Source of the DNA: Octopus bimaculoides
Lineage: Eukaryota
DNA: 64,000 nucleotides
Direction of reading: 5' to 3'
Assembly (NCBI RefSeq): GCF_001194135.2
Contig: NC_068983.1
Span: 31,879,858 to 31,943,857 of the forward strand
Shown: in pieces, positions 26,335-39,086 of the stretch
Numbering within the stretch: position 1 is the stretch's first letter
Layout: the number at the start of each line of letters is the position of its first letter
The notes under the pieces: model-generated
What the model saw: the letters and a program-made list of their open reading frames with translations, nothing else
The model's database searches: none
Told to the model about the DNA's origin: nothing
Position numbers and translations under genes: made by a program

Positions 26335-27200
26335 TGGTGTTCTACCTTTCTCTCTCTCTTTCTCTCCTCTCACTCATTCTATTTCATTTCACTCCTCTCT
26401 CCTCTCTCTTTCTATCTTTGTATCTTTTATCATTCCCCTTCTTAATCTCTTCACTACTTCATATCACTTCTCATTTTCTCTCTCTCTTTATCTTACATTC
26501 TATCTATTTTCTCTATCCTCTCTTCAAAAGGTGTTTTTGTGGACTTCCATTAATGAAGGCTAAAAAGGCCAACCATCCAACTCATTTCTAAGGCAGAAAG
26601 TTTTTACCAGTTACAATATAGCTTCCTTTCCACCCTGAGAGAAACAGTGTAAAAACCCATTTATTTATATGTTTATCTCTCCCCCCTCCTCTTCACTTGT
26701 ATCTTATCTCTCTCTCCTCCCACTACACCAGCACTTCTGCCCCTGTGCTACCATTTCTGTCTTCTGCTATTTTATTGTAGCTTCCTCCTATCTACTTCTT
26801 CAACTTTTAGCTTGTTTGACTTCTTTCTCTTTATCTTGTTCTTCTAATTTCTACTGTCTTTCTCTTCTTCCTCTAGCCTTTCTTTTTTTTTTTTCTCTTT
26901 TGACTTTTCTTTTATCTCAGTGTTCTTTTTTCCTTTTTGCTTTTATTTTTCCTGCTCTAAATTTCTTCTACAGGTTTCCTTCTCTCTCTTCTTTCTCCTT
27001 TACTTGCAGTTTCTTTTCCTCTTCTAATTTCTTCTTTAAGTTTCTTTCAGCCTCTGTCTTCTTTTTCTCTTTTCACTCTTCTGAAACCACCCTAGCTACA
27101 CTGCTTCCTGCAAACAACTGCTGATTATAATGGTATTTCATTTCAACCACTGACGCCACTACTCTCTTTTCTTTCTTCTCTCTTTATTTTTGTTTTTTTC
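26335..27200. repeat. Low-complexity pyrimidine-rich tract
   Basis: ~850 bp dominated by T/C on +; explains spurious F/S/L-rich ORFs. Confidence 0.8.
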
Positions 27201-28330
27201 TCTGTGGGAACAAGAGTATGGGACTGGTGTTAAAATTGAAGTAGCCAAAATCTATCACCATCATCATTCCATTACCTAACCCTCCTCCACTACACTGCTA
27301 TTGCCCCACTCCCACCATTGCCTCTAACAATATCAGTAGCAACACTAAGGCACAACTATCCTTTCCTCCCTTACCCACCTCCCAATAGTCCGGGGGGGGG
27401 GGCAGTTCTTGCTTCCTTATATGGGACATCATCTTAAGGGCAGCCCTGGCACTAACTGCACTACTATCAAAACTATTTCTATCATCACTGTCATAACTAA
27501 TTACTGCCATCACCATCAGTGATTCCATTATTATTGTAACTAGCAACTTGCTAACAACTTCTCTGTCAACACCATTACTTTACCCACCACCATGTATAGA
27601 TAAGTGAGTGAATGAGAGAGAGAGAGAGAGAGAGTGTGTGTGTGTGTGTATGATTGTTACATAGTTACTAGATTGAAGGTGAGTGAGGATTAAAAACAAG
27701 AAATGAACAAGGGAGGTGGTTGGAGCCAGTGAATGAAGAGAGAGAGTTATAGAAAGAGATAAGATGGGAGAGAAGGTGTGTGTGTGTGGAAGAGGGTGAA
27801 ATTTGGGGGTATGAGGTCAGGAGGAAACCAGGAAGTTACACATTGGTACTGTTGTGAATTCCAGCAGTTTATAATGCCAAGGTAAAGAAGGTTGTGATAG
27901 TGGCAGTGGTGGTGCTTGTGTTAGTCTCTCATTCTTTTATATTTCCTTTATTAACACAATTGTAAATGTACAGCAAAATTGAGGTTGCAGTTGTGGTTTA
28001 CCTGTAGGTTGGGGCTACTTGAACACATTACTGCCTTGCTCCAGTACACACACACACACACACACACACACAAAGTAAGTTGGACTTCTATTTCGTTATT
28101 CAGTCTAATCAGTTTAGCATGTTTGCATACAGCTGTACATGTATAATGAAAATGCCTTGTTGCCAAGGAAGGTTTTTAAACTTGGTTGGTGTCTGTTCCA
28201 TGGTGCATGAGGAGTTCAACATGGTAAGATCTGATGAAGCACACCAACAATTACACACACAACGAGAGTCCAGATCCAGTGGCAAAGTAAGCCATAACCA
28301 TTGGAGAATCTGGTCTGAGACTGAGTGACT

Positions 28331-29012
28331 TGGATCTATTTTAAAACGGGGGCGCCAGTATTGGATCTATTTTAAAACGGGGGCACCAGTATTTTCTTAA
28401 CGAAACACTAACGAAACACTTTGAAACTTGGGACACTGGTAAAATGTCATATAAAACATCTTTTACTCTTAGTCTTCTTAACAAAAAAAAGGAATTCGTA
28501 AGTTATTCCATGTTAAAGTTGTCGTATTTCTGTAATTTCAACCAATCACTGACGTCTATTCAGCTGAATAGAGTTACTGCTGGTTGGTCATAAAAATGTT
28601 ATTCCCTGTGACATATTTCATCCGATTTAATCGTAATTTATACGCATATANNNNNNNNNNTGTGTAACAATTTTAGATTTCGGATTCTAGAGTTAGGGTT
28701 AGTTTTAGGGTTACGGTTACGGTTAACAGTCTAGTTAGGGTTAAGGTTAGAGTTAGGGGATTAATACGATATACACCGTTACAGCGCTAACTGTTTTCAA
28801 CTGAATAGACGTCAGTGATTAGTAGAAATTATCAAAATAAGACAATTTTTTACATGAAATAAATTTGAATACAAAAATATTTTTCTGTTCTATAACACAA
28901 AATAGATATAACACAAAATAGATAAGTATACGAAGTTTGAAAATCTTTCCGTACCAAAAACACTACATAAAACATAAATGAAAACTGGCGCCCCCGTTTT
29001 AAAATAGATCCA
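28331..29012. mobile_element. MITE with perfect 29-bp TIRs and apparent 6-bp TSD (GTGACT)
   Basis: TGGATCTATTTTAAAACGGGGGCGCCAGT at 28331-59 and its exact reverse complement at 28984-29012; GTGACT at 28325-30 and 29013-18; left TIR tandemly duplicated (period 31). Confidence 0.85.
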
Positions 29013-29088
29013 GTGACTTCACCAAACCGACAAGAAGAGCACTGCAAGCTAACCAACCACTTATGAAACAATAAGGGACTCTCTGCAT

Positions 29089-29446
29089 CAGTAGTTCTCG
29101 ACCAGGGTCCATACAAGATTTTGGAGGCTCCACACAAGCAAAATTAATAAATTGGGGACCTACAGTAGTATGTTATGGGTCCATGAAAAAAAATTTGCCT
29201 TAGATGTACTTATTGCAAGAAACAGCTACATTTCTTTCTCTAATGTTTTACAGATTAAACATGTTTCCAGTCATTGAGTTCTATTGCAAACCTATACAAG
29301 TAAATTGAGTGAAAAATAAAATAGGAATTTTGAAAGAAGTATCTATAAAACCAGTTTTTAAACAGGGAATGACTATGGGGTTCCACCAGAATAAAGTAGG
29401 AATCAAAGGGGTCCATAGGTGAAAAAACAATGGTTGAGAACCACTG
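29089..29446. mobile_element. hAT (Charlie-like) MITE
   Basis: cagtagttctcgacc ... ggttgagaaccactg TIRs (CAGTGGTTCTCAA type); TSD not preserved. Confidence 0.6.
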
Positions 29447-30515
29447 CGCTACCTGGTTGAACAAGGAAGGACATTGGATAATATAGTGATAGATACTTCT
29501 AAAAAATGAGATGATCTTAGCTGGAATGGTTTTCATTGTAAGTCTGCTCAATGGGGCTATTGTAGAATGAGCTTAACAACTATTCACGTGTAACTTATGA
29601 ATAAAGTTTGACAGTTGAAATTACTATGGCATTTGAACTGATCTAACTCTGAGAACTGTCAATGGCATGGAGTTTACATATAGTTATATTATATCATTCA
29701 CGCACTATTGCAGCCGAGAATTTTTGTTTTAATAAAATATATTAAATTTTTTAAATGTTATTCTCAGCTGCAGTATTTTACGTACATTTTAATTTTAAGT
29801 ACATTTTAATTTTAAGTACTTTTTAGTTTCCTCTAGAGGTGACGAATTAGGCAAATTCTACTGTAGAAATCTTGTTCTGTACTTTTCCAGGTATAATAAC
29901 TTAAGAATAGTAACATGCATGCTCCCACATTTTTTATTGTAATACATAAATGTGTGTGTGTGTATGTGTACACATACATCATCGTTATTTTAATGCCTAT
30001 TTTTCATGCTTGCATGGGTCAGACAGAGGTAGATCCAACCCTCATCTCTTTCCAAACATGGTAACATTTCCCCATGGCTGGACATGTTTTCACAGAAGAT
30101 TAGAAACAAAGGAAACTACTTGTAAGACAGTGATGCTATTTTACAATCATCACAGAATGTCAAGGCAAGGAGACACAAACACACATATACATACATAACA
30201 GGCTTCTTTCAGTTCCCATTTACCACTTGGCTTGGAACTAAAATAAAAAGGTGTCCAAAGTGTCAGACTGAACCCAAAACCACCTGGTTGGGAAGCAAAC
30301 TTCTTGCTCACACAGCCATTATGGTGTATGTATGTCACATAGTTCAGATGGAATTTGTTGAGGCAAATTTTTGTACAGCTGAGTGCCCCTCCTGTTGCCA
30401 ACTGTTACTTGTTTCCAAGTAAAATAATATTTTCACAGAATACTAGAATGAAGGACACCACTTGCATGATGGTGACACTCACTTACAACTGGAGATAGTA
30501 ACACATAAAGCACGC

Positions 30516-30565
<50 letters not shown>

Positions 30566-30785
30566 GTAGCTATATCTATATGATGGGCTTCTTTTAGTTT
30601 CCCATCTACCAAATCCTCTCACAAGGTTTTGGCTAACCCAGGGCTGCAAGTAAAAGATATTTGCCCATAGTGCCACTCAATGGGACCGAACGCAGTACTA
30701 TGTGGGTGGGTAGCAAACTTCTTACCACAATGCCACACCTGCACCTATGTGTGTGTAGATATATCAATTTATATTTCCCATATAA

Positions 30786-30822
<37 letters not shown>

Positions 30823-31569
30823 TACACACACATAAAATGTGCATATATGTGCAGGCATACACATATTTGTGTATGTGTACACATTACCACTTTTAGCATA
30901 TTAATCTTTAGCATTCTGTCTGGTTCAGTGGATGCTCTCTGTGGTTGGCTGCACATTCCTGGTGAAGGAGCAGTGTCTAGTCCATTCAGTCTTAGCTCTA
31001 ATTAATTACACAAAACTATTAGTACCACACTAATTACATTCAATTCACTATATATCTGGGTCACTTCCTAACCAAATGTCGCTGTAGTATGTTTCTGCCT
31101 TGTTATAACCTTCAGTGTCCAAACCAGAAATAGATGTTCTAACAACAAGCAGTGATGTGGTCACCAGTGGTAGTGAGGATGATAATGCCTTCTTTTTTTT
31201 TTTACCTCTTAGATCCTCTTTTGTTTAAAAAGACAAAACTCTCCATTAAAATCCACTAAAATTTCAATGAGGGTTTTTTGTTTTTGTTTTTCTCATTCAT
31301 ATTTATTTCTATTGATGAAATCTGAAGCTTGTTTCCAGTGTTTCACACATTCACATCTGTAATGCAAGAGTGTAACTTTATAGCCCTCGAAACTTTATAT
31401 TCTGATATATGGTCGTAATTACCAAATGTAATGGAGAGCTTCTGCAAAAGTTTCAAACCCAGAAAAATAATTGAAAGACCAATTATCTAAAGATTAACAT
31501 AGCATAGATGAAAATTCTAACTTGTAACTGAAAGTCATAGAGGCAACTTATATTTATATATATTCTTCA

Positions 31570-31788
31570 TCATCATCATGCTTTTTTTTTAACATCTACT
31601 TTTTCCCTGCTTGCATGGGTCAGATGAAGTTTATTGAAGCACATTGTCTATGGTCAGATGCCCTTTCTGTCACCAGCCCTCACCTGTTCCCCATGACTAG
31701 ACATGTTTTCACAGAATATTGGAAATGAAAAATTGCTTTTATGACTGTGACATTCAGTTACAACTATTATGCAATGTCAAGACAAGGT

Positions 31789-31829
<41 letters not shown>

Positions 31830-31992
31830 ATATATAATGGGCTTCTTTTAGTTTCCACCTACCAAATCCACTCTCAAGGCTTTGGTTAGCCTGGAGCTAT
31901 AGTAGAAGACCAAGGTGCCATGCAGTGGAAACTGAACCCAAAACCAACCATTTGGTTGGGAAGCAAATTTCTTAGCTACACAGCCACACCTA
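31570..31992 (-). mobile_element. SINE: family-B head + RTE-like tail, minus strand
   Basis: Reverse complement of the 38570-38980 architecture; also ~17322-17740, ~29975-30320, ~30335-30750. Confidence 0.75.
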
Positions 31993-32171
31993 TAATATGG
32001 GTGGATGCATGCATGCATACATAGTGATGTATTCTTGATACAAGTAATAGATGCAGTAGGGTCTCTGTGAGGAAAGTACAAACTTGGATGTGATAGATTC
32101 ACAAGAATTGTTAGTACTAAAAGAAAACCATGGAATGAATTTCAAGATTTCTTTATATAGTTCATATTTAA

Positions 32172-32680
32172 CCCTTTTTATACCAACCTGCCTAAGACCA
32201 CCACCCCCTAGTTTTATAATGCAAATTAACTGTTTGAAAGTGATCTAAGTTAAAAACCTTCCCTAAAAATTCCTCGTTCATTTATGTTCCAGATACCAGT
32301 TTAACCTTAATAACAATCAGGTCTGTGAAGTCAAAACAAAACACTTTGACTCCAACTCTGACTCTTGTTCTATTGGCATCTCCGACTCCTCTTTATGTAA
32401 TTAAGTGATTGTGGTCTACATATCTCATAAAGCATATGCATACACTTGTACTCTGAGTAGACCTTTATGTTATAACTGGTTTATATTAAAGAATAAAGAT
32501 ATCGTGAGTCGGAATCAGACTCCAACTCCAGCTACCCTTTAATTGTTTCTGACTCTACAACTCCGACTCTGACTCCACAGCCCTGATAACAATAAAGTTA
32601 TTTCAATAAATTTTTCATTATTTCCAAAATTAGTTGAAACAGCAGCAGTGTAGTCCAACAGAAATATAGTAACAAAAGGC
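32172..32680. mobile_element. piggyBac-like MITE (host of the hAT MITE)
   Basis: TTAA|CCCTTTT...AAAAGGC|TTAA ends. Confidence 0.65.
32318..32585. mobile_element. hAT-type MITE with perfect 8-bp TSD
   Basis: Ends caggtctgtgaagtc / gactccacagccctg, internal GACTCC repeats, ATAACAAT on both sides (32310-17, 32586-93). Confidence 0.85.
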
Positions 32681-33560
32681 TTAAACTATTTTGTTACATA
32701 TGTAACATTAGTTCTGGGAGTGAAAGCATTGTCAATAGAGTAAGAAAGAGGTAGAAATTTAGGAACTATTGGCCTTTGTTTCAGATATACATTCACTTAC
32801 TGAAACTGGTGTACATATACAAATCTGATTTATTGAATTTGTCTGCACTAATTAAATCAGCATCCTCTGGGACATCGTTATATTAATAGCAGCAGCAACC
32901 TACAAGATAAAGACTGAAAGCAAGAGTGTGTGTTTGTTGTACTTGGTCCATTGATCCTTTACACTAATGGAAATCAAATTATGCATCTACTCTAAACTCT
33001 AATTACTGTGGAACATTTAGTCATACAGTCTACTATTTCTACCAACACCATCTTCTCTTTTTACTTCTATTTATCCAGTTTGAATGAATGAGGGGCACCC
33101 CTCTCCTTTTGTTTTTGTTTTTTTTTAACTACTTAACTATGAACCACACATGAAACCAATTTTTGGAAGCCAGATAAACTAGAGCAGAGTTATTTGTATT
33201 GTTTAGGGGCGCAACACAACTATAATTGATAAATTTTAAACTTGTCATCATGTGATTAGTATTCCAGTCTCTTATCATCCCCACTTTTAGATCCACTTTT
33301 CCATGCATGCAAGGATTAGACCTCTAGCACAGCATGGGAAGTAATATGCCATTGTTCATGACTCATTAGTTAATGTTGAACAAGGCCAATAACATAATTA
33401 TTTACTCTTCATATCATAGAATCCTTGTACTTTGCTTATCAACATGGTGACTTCTTCCTATCAACTCATGTAACTTGAGCTGAATACAGTCTATTGTCAC
33501 AGATATATGGAATAACTAAATTTCTTCAAATTTCAGATATATCTTCTAAATATATATATA

Positions 33561-35133
33561 CTGTATATATACTGGCTTACAGGTTGGAATTTGAACTTTT
33601 AAAAAATCACCACAAAACTAGGGGTTGTCTTATATACCCTGTATAAAACTGAACATTAACTTTATGTGGTTTAGAGTAGCACCAATGTCGATGGAGAACA
33701 GTATGAAGCACTCATATAGATCCTATGGTTCTGCAGTGCAGTATTTTCTACTGATACTTGCACATATTAATGGAGAACACCATTAAACACTCACGTAGAT
33801 CCTATGGTTCTACAATTCTGTACTTTCTTCTGATACTTACACGTATGTTTGGGAAGCTGGATTAATATTAAGATTATATTAAAATAACTGCACAGCAAAC
33901 TTAGTGGACAGACACCAGTCACCATTTGCAACAGCTGACGAACAGAAAATGTAAACAATCAGCCCATTCAGCCAGGTCCCAGGGTCTGTTCTGTTTACAC
34001 TACCTCGCTAGAGCGCTCTCTCATGCAGCACTCTGCCAGCCAAGGGTTTTCAGAACAAGTGTAGTTTACGGTAACTAATCTACCTGTTACATCAGATTAG
34101 CAGTATGTACCAGCACCTTCTGTGACTGGCCAGTTTGTGTCAGTCAGACCAATCACAATAAACCTTACAGTTACCGGTTACTTTTAAACACTTATAGACA
34201 GGGTTTCTTGAAAAGGCTCAAGTTGTTACTCTTTCATTAGCTGCAGTATTCTCACTGGGTGAACATTAATTTCCAGGTACTGTAAAACCCGCTCATGGCT
34301 CCAAGGGATAAACAGTGGAAATATGAAGCTGGTTTTAAGCTGAAAATGGTAGCATACGCCAAGTCCCACAACAACTGTGCTGCTGCAAGAGAATACAGTG
34401 TAATCAAGATGCAAGAGTTTGGCGATTAAAGGAAGACTTATTAAGGAGTACACCCAGGACAAAATGTGCAATGAGAGGAGGCTGAGGCACTATACACTGG
34501 CTGATTCTAGAGAAGCATGTAGCAGACATGGTCCATGAGCAGCGTCAAATGGATATGTTGTTTCAAGACCAATAGTCTCGTGAAGCAAGACAAAATTTAC
34601 AAATTAAAGAAAATACTTGCAGTGTACTTTATAACATTTCTAATATATTACAATATAATATTATACATACCGTAAGTAAATCTGTAAATCCATTTCAAGT
34701 AAATGGTGTTACCATGGTATACTTGACACCATGTTAGTTCCTGTAAAATAACTGATACCTGAGTGACATTACTACAGTGGTGTTTACACCAGCCAGGTAT
34801 GTTTGATGTGTATTATAGTAAGTAATTCACAATATTTGGTCATCTTTTTAAAAGAACTGGATAAATTTTAAACAACCAAGACTGCAGAATTGTTGCATAC
34901 AAAGTTTGCTGATTGAAACATAGTTAAAATGCTACTGAAACAAGAAAGGCAGAGGCTGCTGGGGAAGCTACAGCTCACCAGACCCCTTTAACTATGAAGC
35001 TTGTGCCTTTGGCGTTTGAGCTATTTGCCACAAAAACTTGGGATAGTCTTATACAGCAAGTATAGCTCAAAATCCACTTTTTAAATGGAAATCCAATTGT
35101 ATGCCCAGTCATATTATACACCTGCATGTACAG
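33561..35133 (+). mobile_element. Decayed pogo-like DNA transposon
   Basis: 34322-34402 encodes YEAGFKLKMVAYAKSHNNCAAAREYSV (Brinker-type DNA-binding domain of pogo transposases). Putative TA|CTGTAT...TACAG|TA ends; internal 79-bp tandem duplication 33691-33846. Confidence 0.6.
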
Positions 35134-35342
35134 TATATGAAATAAAATTATATATAACATTCTTATTTAACTTTGTTTTATTTCATTGAACCACAATCAA
35201 TAATTGTCCATATGGTGACTTCTTCCTGTCAATTTATATTTCATTCCATTTTAGTACAAAGTCTGTCCTTGCAGAGACACATCTGTGTATACTGTTTCAT
35301 GCAATGACTAATATTTTACTTTGTCTTATTTTCTGCTTTTAG

Positions 35343-35435
35343 CCTTTAGTAAAGTTCAAGAGTCACTTGTACTATGAAGAAAAAGATTATGTTTCTGAAG
35401 CTGAGAAAAACCTACAAATTAGCCCTAGAAGCAAG
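35343..35435 (+). CDS. ASH2L: ASH2L internal coding exon (SPRY insertion region), PLVKFKSHLYYEEKDYVSEAEKNLQISPRSK
   Basis: Acceptor ttttctgcttttAG at 35341-2, donor GTaac at 35436, 93 nt, phase 0/0. Translation matches recalled vertebrate ASH2L [25 protein letters not shown]. Confidence 0.93.
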
Positions 35436-37793
35436 GTAACAGTATTATCTGATTTTCTTGTTTCCATTCATTTCTAATATTTTAACAATCTAGTAACATT
35501 TTCCATTTAAAATATTGTTGCCCTTAAGTTGAACCTCTCGTACCCATAATGGCTAGCAAGTATAATGTAATGAAGTAATTCATAGGGAAGCTTTTTATGC
35601 ATAGTGTCTGATCTGCTGAGTAGAAAGCAAATCTCTCAATATAATCATTTAAATGGTGACTTTTGTTCAAAGTTCTGAACCTTAGAACAGCATATCATAT
35701 TATAGACAAGTAAAAAAAAAAAAGATTCCTAAATGGAATAAATGAGTTTTTGTGAGAAAAAGAAGCCTGATATTTTTGTGCAGTATTCTTTATAAAGAAA
35801 AATGAAGTTTCATCTTTTATCTCTCATCTTTCTCTAACAAAAGATCCTTTCTAAAACATTAGATTTCTTCACGAGGTGAACTATTTTCATTATCATAATT
35901 TAACGTCTGTGCTCCATGCTGGAATGAATTAGATGGTTTGGCATGATCTGATGTTTCTAAGGACTGCATCATATTCCAGTGTCTGTTTTGGCATGGTTTC
36001 TATTGGCTGGATGCTCTTTTTTATGGTAACCACTTTACAGTGCTTTTGCCAGCATGAACCAGTATATATTTTATCTAGTATACATACAATACATATGTAT
36101 ATACTCCGTAGTTAATGATGACGACTGCATTCTATATGTGTTCAACTATATCCCAGTGAAAATAGCTAAGATATTTATGTCATGTTTGAGTGATTTGCAA
36201 TATCAAAGGCATGCAGCTTTGAAATGTCTAAATTTATTTTAAAAAGTCATTTAAACCATTCTAATATATAAACATAACTATAAATGCTTGTCTATTATTT
36301 CTCATTAAGGATTTAATTTTCATCAAGTTATATTCTAACAAATAGACATGATTTGTTCCTCTCCTAATGTCAGTAGCTTTATTATCATTTTAAAGTTTAT
36401 TTTTCTATACTGATTAGTCTAAATTAGAGAGGTCAGCAATACATCATCATTCTAGTCATCTTGATTCTACATCATATTTTGCTGCAGCTATTTAACATTC
36501 AGTGCCCTTGTTTCACTGTCATTTGTTTTCATATTTCTTATACACCTTTCATAGAAAGGCTTCTAATTCATTATTCCAAATATTCTAAATTTTACTCAGT
36601 TTTTTCTCAATACTATTTATGTTACAGGATATCAGAAGAGTCCATTGCTATCTGTGTGATCAATAATAAAAATCTTTCACATTACAGATAACAGATACAG
36701 ATAACATGGCCAGCTCACACATACCCATGTTTGTTTTCCATTTTACATCTGCTTTGCATGCTAGTATATTTTGAATAGATGTACATCAAGGGATATTTTT
36801 ACATACTTTCAAAGTTTGAATGCCTTCCTTAAAACCAATATTCCAATGGAAGTGTTGTTTTCCAATCAGTATGTGTATAGCATTAAAAGAAGTAATTTTT
36901 CATCAGTTAAGAGCCCTTCTATAAAAATAATTAGTCTATCCTTTTACAAAGTGGTATAGGCATAGCTGAGTGGTTAAGAAGTTTACTTCCCAACCACATC
37001 ATTTTGGATCCTACTGGCAGCATCACAGCCATACAAGCAGTGTCCTTCATTTCCAATCTCTGTGAAAACATGTCTGACCATTGGAAAATATTACCTTTCT
37101 TGGAAGCCAATGAGGGTTGGTAACAGAAAGGGCATTGCCTCAACAAATTCCATCTGATCTAAGCAAGCTTGAAAAAGTGGACATTAGAATAACTACGAAG
37201 TTGATGATGATAACAATGATAATGTTGATGATGATTATCATTTTACAGTCATCTAAGCACACAGAGAATTTATATCAGTGTATAACTTTTTACTAAATAA
37301 ACAATACTATAGAAACAAAATCTGCTCAAGATAAGTATTAATATAACCATCAATTAAAAAAAAAAGTATTTAGCAGTTGTACTCCTGCTCCATGCCAAAT
37401 ATTCATCTCTATAACTTCTCTGAAGCATTTTACCTTAAAGTAGATAGATCATGTTCAAATTCTTTTCTGAAAGTGTATGTTACTAGCAGTCCCAATTGAG
37501 AAAATCCTGCCATCATAAGCATTTCAAGGCTATGTTATCCAATATTATGTCCTTTTTTTATGATTACACAGAGGTTCACACATTGGCTGATAATATTCCG
37601 GCAATATTAAAATCTGACAACTTTTCACCACAAGTCAACTCAACAATGTAACTGTTAACATTACATCTGAATATTCTAACTCTAAATCACATTATTTTGT
37701 ACTAGGCTTTTGTTATACCTCAGCTGCTGGTATCATTTTATTATCTGATGCAACTAACTATTGTAACTCTAACTCTATTTTCATATCTTGCAG

Positions 37794-37892
37794 TTAATTA
37801 CTTACAAAAATGGTGAAAATCAAGGGGTAATGTTTACTGATATCTTTGAAGGAGTCTACCACCCTTCTGTATCATTATACAAGAATGCTACT
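37794..37892 (+). CDS. ASH2L: ASH2L coding exon (SPRY domain), [33 protein letters not shown]
   Basis: tcttgcAG acceptor, GTaagt donor at 37893, 99 nt. Matches recalled ASH2L [33 protein letters not shown]. Confidence 0.95.
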
Positions 37893-37983
37893 GTAAGTAT
37901 TGATTTCATTATTTTGTATATTTCTTTCCTTTCTTCTAAATTTGTTTGCTGTGGATTAAGCAAGTTCAGAAAACTATATTTAA

Positions 37984-38194
37984 CCCTTTAGCATTCAGGT
38001 TAATGTAATGTTTTTTTATTCACAGTGTTTTGAATTAATCACGCATTATCTCGTAGCTTTGAGATTTTGATGGTGTGATTGTTTATTTTTAGAATGACGT
38101 TATAGGTTAGGTGTGAGAGGCCAGATACAGCCAGTTTGAACATAAAATAGGTAGAATATTTAGGCCAGATGTGGCTAGTTTAAATGCTAAAAAG
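37984..38194. mobile_element. piggyBac-like TTAA MITE (further copies ~50456-50635 and 63972-64000)
   Basis: TTAA|CCCTTTAGCATT...AATGCTAAAAAG|TTAA; the 50.5-kb copy is the reverse complement. Confidence 0.75.
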
Positions 38195-38569
38195 TTAAAG
38201 GATTTGTGCACACTTCTAATAAAATTTACAGCGAGGTGTTCATCTGGATACTCAGTACTTATTTTGTTTTGATGACTACCCTAATTACCATCTAGCTAGT
38301 TCTGGTAATTTCTGCCCTTTTGTGGGCTCACTACCCTGATACATTCAGCATTATACTTTTCTTTCTCTTTTTTTTTTTTTTTAATATAACTCTAACATAC
38401 TCTTTCCAAGCTTTCAACAAATTTTACAATTTTTCAGATTATTCTGCATATGAGAATAAGTTGATCAGTATCCAATAGTTCTCCTGCATAACCCTCAAAT
38501 ACCACCTAAATAAAAGAGAATCAAAATCAATACATTAGTGGACTTGTGTATAAACTGGGTCTATGCGTA

Positions 38570-38980
38570 TAGGTGCAGGCTGGCTGTGTGGTTAAGGAGT
38601 TCATTTCCCAACCAACATAGTTTTGGGTTCAGTCCCACTGCATGGCACCCTGGGCAAGTATCTTCTATTATAGTCTCAGGTTAACCAAATCCTTGTGAGT
38701 GGATTTGGTACATAGAAAAATTGTGTGTGTGTGTGTGTTTGTGTTTGCATCTCTTTGTTGACATCACGTGAAAGTTGTAAATGAGTATCACTGTCATACA
38801 AGCAGTGTCACTTGTTTCCAATCTTCTATGAGAACATGTCCAATCATGGGGAAATATTATCTTACTTGAAAACGTGTGAGGGTTGGTGACAGGAAGGGTA
38901 TCTGGCTATAGAAAATCTGCCTCGATTAATTGTGTCTGCCCCTTACAAGTATAGAAAAGTGGATGTTTAAATGATGGTGA
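38570..38980 (+). mobile_element. SINE: family-B tRNA head + (TG)n + RTE-like tail
   Basis: Same head as 49247; different 3' part ending gggttggtgacaggaagggtatctggc...aaagtggatgtttaaatgatg. Also at ~19690-20075 and ~36950-37240. Confidence 0.75.
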
Positions 38981-39023
38981 GATACGTGTGTGTGTATATA
39001 ATTTATTTTTATTTATATCCTAG

Positions 39024-39086
39024 GTCTCTGTAAATTTTGGACCTAATTTCAAATATCCACCTAAGGATTGCGGCCCCTACACACCA
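39024..39086 (+). CDS. ASH2L: ASH2L penultimate coding exon, VSVNFGPNFKYPPKDCGPYTP
   Basis: tatcctAG acceptor, GTaagt donor at 39087, 63 nt. Matches recalled [20 protein letters not shown]. Too short for the ORF track. Confidence 0.95.

Noticed and set aside
28331-28392. Two 31-bp direct repeats resembling a mini CRISPR array
   Set aside because: No spacers, eukaryotic context; it is a duplicated MITE TIR.
29836-29890. GDELGKFY string resembling the ASH2L GDVLGFY exon
   Set aside because: Surrounding residues do not match and no suitable acceptor or long open frame.
33930-33960. CTGACGA-ACAGAAAATGT-AAAC hammerhead-like string
   Set aside because: No G12 after the putative helix II and no helix I/III.
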